A stretch of 63,415 nucleotides of DNA, filler included, from Sluysia triapertura (lineage: Eukaryota): NCBI GenBank assembly GCA_046118255.1. It is 4 parts of 4 records of this genome, joined end to end, with 100 filler letters (N's around TTAATTAATTAA, not from the genome) between each part and the next. Parts side by side here need not be neighbours in the genome. Positions count along the whole stretch, not along the records: positions 52,031 to 63,415 come from JBJNIA010185302.1; 3 more parts are not named here. One strand, given 5' to 3'. How positions within the stretch are numbered: position 1 is the first letter of the stretch; each line of letters opens with the position of its first letter. The notes under the pieces are model-generated. The model searched no databases. It had not been told where the DNA came from and worked only from the letters and a program-made list of their open reading frames with translations. The translations under genes were made by a program, and so were the position numbers. This document shows, piece by piece, positions 53,961-63,415 of the stretch.

Positions 53961-56820
53961 AATCATTACAAGTTTTTATCTGAAAATCCTATAATTTATG
54001 GTATTGAATCGATTTTAAATCTAATAATAAAGGAAAAGAAAAAACCTGAATGGAAACTTGAATCTCAATTAGTGTTATGAAGAAATAACTTTAACTTTAA
54101 ATGCAATGATATTACCAAGCAGTAGTTACCGATTTAGTCAACCAGGTGATAATACAAATATATTTAATTTTGACTACAAATATATTTAATTTTACTGTAA
54201 TACTGAAAACGACATTAGTTGAATTTACCCATAATTTAGCTAAAGAATGCCATATTTTGATGAAAGTGGTACTGATATGGAATATTTCTCTGAAGTGGAT
54301 ACATTTTTTACCAAAAGTAAATTGTTTCTAAGAAATTTGATTTTCTATATTTGTAGAATTATTTATTTATATAATCTAATTAAATTAAAAAGGACACTCA
54401 TGTCAAATCGATTTTTTAATAATCAAAATGTGAATATTTTAAAACTGATCTTATGTTTACAGATTAAAAATTAAATATTATGAAAAACATTGAAATTGAA
54501 AGTTTAATCGAACAACATATAAAACAATATTTTAATTAAGATTGTTTTGATTTTGCAAAAGCAATTAAAAACTAAATGAACTCGAACTTTAAAAAAATAT
54601 GACGTAATTATCAATAAAATTTTAGCAGAACATTTAGATTGTATAAAAGAAACAATAAATAGATTGAATAGAGCAAAGAAGTTTCCCTTACTGAGTAGAA
54701 CTGCAAATCATAAGCACATTAACCAGATAATGTTAGAAAATAGTAAAGTGTACATGAAACTCGTGGTATTGTTATTTTAAATTTAAAAAATAATTTATTT
54801 ACCTATAATGTCATCATTTATAAGCAATATATAAATCAATATTCATGATAATTCCGGCAAACCAATTCATTTTTCATATGGAAATAAAACAAATTCAACT
54901 ATTCATTCTCGAAAGTCGGCCATAAATGAATCGTGGATTATGTCCGAATGCATTACAGTAGTGGATGGCACTTGGGAGACTAGGTGTGTTTGACAGTTTT
55001 TACGTTAAACTGCAGTAAATATACTGGTTAACGAATTAATAAAAGTTAAGAAGTACTTCTCATAAATAGTAGTACAGTTTCATCAGAATCAAAAAATTAT
55101 AAACATGAAAATTAAATGGTATATTTAATAATAAGTAATAAGTTATGTAAATAATTAAATGTTTATAATGATCATCATCATTATACAAAATGCAACATTT
55201 AGGTGATTTATCATACCAAAATAATAAATAATTATCAACATTTGGAATTGATTGCCTAGAGCTTACTGATACACTACTATTTATTGAGGTGAAAGTTACA
55301 ATATCTGACTACAAATTTGTTTTAACTAATCACACATTTCATGCATTATATAAAAATATGATTCTATCACTTATACAAATAAAGCAAAAATAGAAAATAA
55401 TCTAAATTATAGCTATGATACTCAAGATATAACATTAAGTACGATTTTATATAATTTGATTAAATTTAATAGATTACTATGAATTGAAGAATCAAAAATT
55501 TGTTTTTGGAATTTTCAATCAATCCAAATTTTTGTTTTATAACTTGTCTTGATTGATGTAAAAGTTTAAGGTTTGTCATCAGTTTTAGTTTGACGTAAAT
55601 TAAGCATGAATTTTATAAATATTTATAATTATCAAAATTTGTTTTAGTTGTATTTCAAGCTGAAAGTATCTTAAAAGTTGTATCATGTTTGTTACATAGA
55701 AATATCGAATCAATTAATTGAAGTCTAAATACAGAAATTGATTTTAAATTTTGTGTAAAATTTTGGATAACTTTTCCGAGAATAGTAATAATGAAAGAGG
55801 TACCATCATTTGTACTTGCACCTGATTTCGATATAAATAAAACGAAAGATTAAACTACAGTTCTGATTTATAATGTATCGACAATTTCTTTATTTATCTA
55901 TAAATTAGTACGGCTTCACCAGTAAATGAGTTTAAGGATCTGTATCCACTAGATACCAATCCATCGTATTTAAATGAATATTACATTGTATTACAGTTTG
56001 TGTGAAATCTCAACACACTGATGCATTTGGCTTTAATTATTCGACTTTTTAATCGAATATTCTTTTAATGTTTTGTATTTATTTTGTATATCAGCAATTC
56101 ATAACCCTTTGGAAACATTTGACGAGTGGCACTCGTCACAGATGACGAATCTGAATCGTCATTGGAATTTAACATATGTGTGGTGTTTTCTTACTGTAAT
56201 TTGAACAATCGCATGCGTTGGGTCAATTCCCTACCCCGATTGGTTCCCACGTAACAATTGACGAGCGAAAATAAATACGTTCACTATGTTAAAAAGTTCA
56301 AATAAATCAAATTGGTAAACCTGTGAATTTCAGTAGAAAAGCACTTACAAATCAATTTCACCTTCATTGATGTTGGCAGCATTTTCGTTATAAGACTGAA
56401 ATTATGGCTAATGAAACTTATAGTTTCTTTCTCAAATGTATTAGTGTTAATTTAAATATATTATTAAATGTTGGATGTAAACTTATGATCAAAATAATCC
56501 AATTTTTATTAGCAAATTTCAAGATATAATAGATAAATTTAAAGACGAAAGTCAAGATAAAATAAAATATAGTGAATGGATATTTTTAAGATCAAAAGGT
56601 TATTCGTTAGTCTCTAATATTAGTGAATGTAAAATACAAAAAGAATTAGTCTAAATTATTCAGAAGTAATAGAACCATCGGTTCAATTAATAAAAATAGA
56701 ATAAAACACCACCAAAAAATGAAAAAAGCCCTCTTAAATACTGACGATGAGCAATTGGTATAATGAAGATAATGAAGATAAATTTCTAGCTCTATTCTGA
56801 TTTCAATATATTTCTTAAAA

Positions 56821-57123
56821 CAGTGGTCTTCAAACTTTTTTTGCTGCGACCCACTTTTCTAGTCCAAATTATTTCACGACCTTAGAGAATGAAATAAAAA
56901 TAATTATGTAAATTTTTTAACACCAAAAATAAAATATATTTAATAAGAACATATTAGAACTTACTATTCTTGACATTGTTTTTTGCAATAATGAAAAATT
57001 TATTATTTTATCGTCTAATAATAACAATAAAATAAAATGTATTAAAAATTATTTAAAATTAGATATCATATTCATATTTTCTTATGAATACTTTACTATA
57101 ACTTTGAAATTTCTCGCGACCCA
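56821..57123 (+). mobile_element. hAT (Buster/Charlie-like) non-autonomous element end
   Basis: Starts CAGTGGTCTTCAAACTTTTT, has repeated (g)cgaccc subterminal motifs, and is preceded by the 8-mer tctTAaaa (nnnTAnnn target consensus). Confidence 0.65.
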
Positions 57124-59779
57124 TTACCTTAATGTATTATAAAATATTAAGAGTAATTTAAAGTAACTTGCTAAATACACAACATAATGCATACCCAAGT
57201 CATCAAGAATTAGTAATCAAGTGACACATACCATTTAATATTATTTCATTGAACTTTTAATTGAGCAATCAATTAAATTTAATAAAGTGTTAAATTTGAA
57301 AAGTATTAAAACAAAAGAAAATTGAATGCCATATTTAAATTGATAATAGATTGAACGTTTTTTACGTTACATTAATTTAAAAATAGTATTACCAAACGAT
57401 GCAGTAGCTATGGAACTCATGCAAGAAAATAAATTAATATATTTAATTTTATATTTTAATATTTATCAGAATAAATAAATTTATTTTGTATAAATTTAAA
57501 TTTTTTTTCCATTAAAAACGTATAAGCTTAAATTTATTAGATATTCAGAAGTGTTTTGCATATACACAATTAACTTATTTGGAAAATAAATTTCAACACA
57601 ATAACAATGAATAAAAAATTAATTAATTGATTGTCATCTGGTTGGATTTAAAACTTTCAGATTTTGTCTCTCTTTTACAAATAAACAAACAGAATACAAA
57701 AGAATAAAAATAGAATTTCAAATAATTTGAAAAATTACAAAACATATAAGACTTTATTTTAAATAAAATTCTTGCATATAATTATCTGTACAATTTAAGC
57801 ACATGAAATATTGCAAAAATAAACGCTCAAGTACTTACAATTAAATAACAAACAATTTAAATTTTTAAAATAATAAAAAATATATTTGTTTAAATAAGTC
57901 AACAATTTGACATTGTAAGTGGCGCTTTTTCAAATGTTTTATTAAGTTCTAGTAAGAAATACGAGTTCTTCTAGCACGAAAAATGTATTGAACGATTAAC
58001 ATAATTAAAATCTATTGATATAGTAAACACTGTTTAATTTTATTAATTAAAAGACAATTTTCTAATAAAATTTGGTGAAAATTAGCCTTATAAATGTATG
58101 ATAATATATATAAAATGACTTAATAAAATAACAAATCATTTATTTTAACTATTTATACATACATTTGCTGTTTTTTTGACTATATAATCATAAAGGCTGA
58201 CTTAATTTAACAAAATCTAACATAAAAGTAAAACAAAGCTATCTAATTACATCATTAAAGAACGTCTTAGATACTAATAAAGCAAATAAACCTTAATTAA
58301 AAGAAATTAAGATAAAATTAATGCAATAAATGATATTAATTATATTTATTTAGAAAAAGATATTAGTCTAGAGTAAAATTCAAAATAAAATTTAAAAACT
58401 AATAATACAGTATAAAAATAAAACAATACAACAATAATGCAATATGGCATCAATAACATGCATGTATAATAATAATAATAATTAAAAATAATAATAATTA
58501 TTATTATTATAATAATAATAATTAAGAATTTATTAAGAATTTTTATTAAGGTTATTATTTATAATATTACTGAATGGTGGAGCATAGTAGTTGTAGTTAA
58601 AATATAAAGCTAGGTTTGAACTTGATAAATTTCTGTTAATCTTAATTAAGCAGTGGAGATGTTTCAAAAAAATATGCAAAACATATTATCAATGATCTTG
58701 ATACTGTTGGAATATTAATAAACACGATTATTGATCGATTAAAATCATCGAATATAGTTATCGATTAAGATAGGTGTGTATACGTTCAGAAAAGTACAAT
58801 CATTTGGCTGTATGCAACAGTGACTAACCATGCTGAGTCAGCTGTTTGAATTATACAATAAAAACCAAGAAATTGTGAAATATGAAAATTGATGGGATAA
58901 AATTAGAATTGGATAAATTTTCTATGAAAATTATAAAGGATATTAACCAAGAACTGGATTATATCGAAATACAAAGGGATAGACTAGTATTTGTAAATAT
59001 AAATTTCTCAAATGTTATTTGATCTAAACAGGTCTTATCACTTTTATGCTTTTTATGGTTAATAACTAAACAAGTTCGTATTAACAAGTGCGTATGCAGT
59101 ATCTGGACAAGTGAACAAGATACAAGACTATTCAAATATGTTAGATAAATTTAATATGCGAGAATAGTCGTGATTCAAATTTTTCGAGATTTAAATTTTA
59201 AAAGATATAAATTCCTTCTGATACTTTTATATGTGAATTCAAATTTAAAGTTTATAATAAATGGAAATGTAATATTTTGTTTTTGTTAAATTTGCTGTAC
59301 AACTGTATGCAGGGTTAAGGTAGCCATAAGACTTGATGTATTTTAATATGATTTGAATCTGGTTTCGTGGGGTACTGATCGTGGCTACTAAGAGACGTAA
59401 CCGAATTTAAAGTCTCACGAGCTTTAAAGATAATTAGTTCTAAGGTACATTATCCTAACATCAAAAGAATCCAACTTCTGTATAAAGAAATACTTCCTCA
59501 ATTATAAATGCATAAATGTATTCAGCTATCACTCTTGATCACCATTTACACTTTTAAAAGTAATTCTACAATCCTAACTGCACCGAACTCTTAATAAATA
59601 TTTGAACAGGGGTAAGAAAGTGATGGTAACACATACTTAATGTTCGAAAATAACAAAAATCGAGTTATAAATAAGAGATTGATATATAAGTTGAATTAAA
59701 TTTCTAAAATATTTAACTAAAAATTGTGCAGTTGATAACAATCTCAAATAATATCAAATATTTTTATATTATTGATGTT

Positions 59780-60289
59780 TAAGAACAGTTCATGTGTTCC
59801 TAGACAACTTTACAGGTTATGCCACATATTAAGTAGCAACTGGCATGTGATACACCAATTTGTTCATCTCTTCGAGCAGAACATGCACAAAGCCGTACAA
59901 AAGACACAATTCAGTCATAAACGTCACGCCAAGAACATTAATTCAGATCAACAGCTTCGAGATTATTTCCGTAATAGAGTCACCATTGTCGGACAGTTCA
60001 TAAATATCAACATCATCAAATTCATCATTTTCTAACGCTTTTAGAACGACTGTTGACTTATACTTCCTGGTTGGCATAGTTATGGCAAAATTTAAATTTC
60101 CAGAACGTAAACAAACAAAATAAACGCTAAAATCTACAAGAAAACTGTTTCTAACTTCTTTAACAACGCTTACAGCATAAATTATGAAACTTAAGTCGGA
60201 AACTGTGACATAGGAAATGAGCAGTTATTCTATTTATCACCAAGATCATTGATTTTCTGAATGCGGCCGTTTAATCGCAATAGAGTTAA
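59780..60289 (-). mobile_element. Internally deleted piggyBac-like element
   Basis: TTAA|CTCT terminus at 60289; acidic N-terminus MPTRKYKSTVVLKALENDEFDDVDIYELSDNGD from 60077, joined to a Cys-rich tail (CMFCSKR*TNWCITC...C...H) typical of piggyBac transposases. Confidence 0.5.
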
Positions 60290-60372
60290 TATTTATTTGA
60301 AATATATACTAAATTTTCAATAGAAATTACTTTGTTCCATATTAATTAAAAACATGTGTCGTACCTCTAGAA

Positions 60373-60438
60373 CAGCGATTCTCAAGCTTTTTCTTTTCGC
60401 TACATATTTTTAATAACAAAATATATTTGGCAGCACAC
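60373..60438 (+). mobile_element. hAT (Buster/Charlie-like) terminus
   Basis: CAGCGATTCTCAAGCTTTTT preceded by ctcTAgaa. Confidence 0.5.
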
Positions 60439-63415
60439 TAACATAATAATAAGATAAAATTAAAATATTTATATAAGTTTTCATATGCACCAGTAAACGA
60501 AGTAATGTGTAGCAATATAAGCCCGCTGCTAAAGCTGTAATAGCCATGCTTATGGACAATTTTCTGATGTCGCTTATGTTGGATAGTAATGGCGGAAAAC
60601 ATCAAAAATCTCGTGGTACAACAGTCTAAAATATAAATCAAGTGGTCTTCATTAAAAACAGAAATATTTCTTTTCTTTTATTTCATTTATTTTATTTTTT
60701 TCTAAATAAAATATATTATTAAAACAAAAGGAAATATTAATGTTTCTTAGTAAACTTAATAAGTGAAATTTTAACTATGGTTATTTTAAATGATAAAATA
60801 GTACTTATAAATTATATATAATTCTTACATCATTGTTTTCGAGAATTTTATTCATAAATAATTTTTAGTTATAAAGTTTATTTATACAACATTTTAAAAA
60901 GTTAAAGCTTAAGAAAAACAGACAATCTAAAATAATAAAAATAAACTGATATAAAAAATTAAAATTTAAAAATAAATTAACTTAATCAACTAGAAAGTAC
61001 AAAAACGTTTTTAAATCTGATATATAAACACAATTAAATTAATAATAATTTTATTACGAATATTTCTTAATATATTTGATTTATATTATCTCAGTAAGAG
61101 ACATGACAATACTTAAATGGCTTTAAACAAGAATAATTAATGAGTTAAAAATACGTAAGTCTAAAAAGAGGAGAATGATACTGAATAATCATATCTATTA
61201 TTTCTTGAAAATTTAATTTTATTAAATTAATTCATATTGTTTAAATGTTATATTGTTTTAAAGCCTTAGCATTTTTTATTCAATAATTTTTATTAGTTCT
61301 ATTTATTCATTTAATCTTTATACCGAAAAATATTTTACAAAACTATTATATTATATTTTTTGTCTTTAAATGATTGATTTCTTTGTGATTTAAATATTTA
61401 CTTCACACAAATCTTATTGATAGTAAGATATCTTAATATATTGACACTTTAATTATATTTTGATAAAAATGGTATTTCCTACTTGATTAGTACACTGGCT
61501 CAATCCCATACATTTTACTTATTATTTATGTAGTATACAGTAATAATAGAAAATTTTATATCAACCGATTACATCAATAAATCTTATCACTTTTTATTTT
61601 GTTTTTATAATAATCACGAATGAATTTGATTCTTTATGAAAATTTAGTGATTTAAAGTTAAATTGAAATTCATTGGGATCATAAATCAAACATTTACAAA
61701 TTTTATGAACTATTCAGAGTCGTCTTGGTTCTTTTTAAGGAAACACAATAATAAGCCAACCAAATATTTAAACCAATCATTTTCATTTATGCTCATAAAT
61801 GTGATCCATCTAAAATACTACTTCTGGTTTGAATATTTTATCCAAACCAAACATACGAATGCGATTTTTAAAATAAGAAGGGGTATTATTCAAAATTTAA
61901 ATTAAGTTCCTTGTATATAAATTAGTGTTTCATATAACTCTTACTTAATTTATGAGTACTGTTAATGGAACATGATAAATAACCGATTTGAACTTTCTCG
62001 TAACGAAAATATTTCTTTTTCTTAATTTTACATTTACATTTTAGAATTTAGATTGTTCGTTGTCATGACACTGCTTAATTATCTTTTATTGTGTTAAAAA
62101 TGTTTCGACAATTTGAATCAATGATTATTGTAAGAAATTGGATTTAGTGTTGAAACTATAAATTTATTTTTCAGTTTTATTTATTTTTTGATTTAGAAAA
62201 AATAAAGAATGAATGAGAAACAAAAGAAATAATTACAAATTCTATTTTTATTTTTATTAATTTGGAATTTTTAGGATTCTAAATATTTTGTCAAAATGTT
62301 CTGCTAAATTTGATTGGTTAGTTTTCATTATTTCTAAATAAAACTTCTTATAAATCAAACAACAACAACAAAGGCCGTTTTCAAAAATAAGCTCAATATT
62401 GGATAAGTAAGTTAAAATAAAGTTATTAGTTTATTTAAGAATCAAATCTATGATTATATTAATATTTTAAGTGCAGATTATGGAGAATAAAATTGTTTTT
62501 GTATACAATTTTGTTACAACCTTTTGAAAATAGCAAATATTAATTTTAGATCGCTTAGTATTTATACATTTGTCAGCAAATCTTAGTGATTTAAATCAAG
62601 CTTATTCAAATGGAATTAGAAAAGAGTTTATAATGAATATTATACCAAAGAAATAATTTGCAGCAGATGATTATTATTCTAGACTAATTTGATACTTTCT
62701 TTATCATTTAAAGATTCTGTCATATTTATCCTGTTATTACGTCTTCATTGAGATACAAATCGTAAATCACAGGCGAACCCATTTATTATTGCATAATTGT
62801 TGTTGATAAAGAAAAAACCAGAACACTTAGAAATAAGTTCATACGTTAAGAAAGTAACATAATAAAAAAAGAAAAATGATGGTAGAACAAGACATTAACA
62901 ATTTAGAAAATATGATAAAGATATTGATTCTTAAAAATAATTATTTAACAAGTCATATTGAACCACTGAAATCATTAAATAAATCATTGATTCAAGACAA
63001 CACTGATTACATTAATTTTTTATTCAAACACACTACTAATTTAAAGCATTTACTGGCTGATTTATCTGCTGTTTATTCTAATAATGATTTCATCCTAAAT
63101 TGTTTATGCACTTGTAAAATTAATAATGTTTTTTGCTTTTAGGACCAAATATCCCACAAATTCTTACTTAATATTTATTTATAACAATTAAACATAATCA
63201 AATTAAATTGAAAACTTGTTCAATTCGATAATAAAAGCACGGAACCATTAAGTTTCCTAAACTTCGAAGAATTTAGAGACTTTTAAGCACACACTGACTC
63301 ATTATTAATTTTAATTAATAAAATAAAATTATAATTATAATAATTTAAGGTATATGCACGCCTTTTAACTTTCAATGAAATAAAAATTTAAATAAATAAA
63401 TAAATAATATATATA

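Noticed and set aside
62876-63142. 88-aa ORF as a gene
   Set aside because: No recognisable motif or convincing splice context.

Overview
Very AT-rich eukaryotic nuclear DNA with GT-AG introns as short as 36-47 nt and many (TAA)n microsatellites. It is probably an invertebrate and possibly a planarian-type flatworm (inference). Three artificial 100-nt spacers (N44-TTAATTAATTAA-N44) split it into four contigs: 1-14949, 15050-27338, 27439-51930 and 52031-63415. Recognisable host genes, all on the minus strand: a 5-exon TOM1-like VHS-domain N-terminus (12249-11166); a CHIP/STUB1-type U-box terminal exon with no visible TPR exons (3678-3397); two C-terminal exons of a CEP70-like gene; a 70-aa membrane protein; and two paralogous integrin-alpha ectodomains, each encoded by one giant exon (2.8 and 2.5 kb), with only one visible downstream calf-2 exon. 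Decayed gene copies: a Wnt C-terminus and Unkempt CCCH fingers. Mobile remnants: Gypsy, L2 LINEs, Tc1/mariner, piggyBac, hAT, a Maverick/Polinton integrase and a tRNA-headed repeat. Two hypotheses deserve testing first: (1) protocadherin-style 'variable giant exon + shared constant exon' splicing of the integrin-alpha pair; (2) a VHS-U-box fusion E3 ligase. All homology calls come from manual translation and remembered family motifs; no database searches were run.
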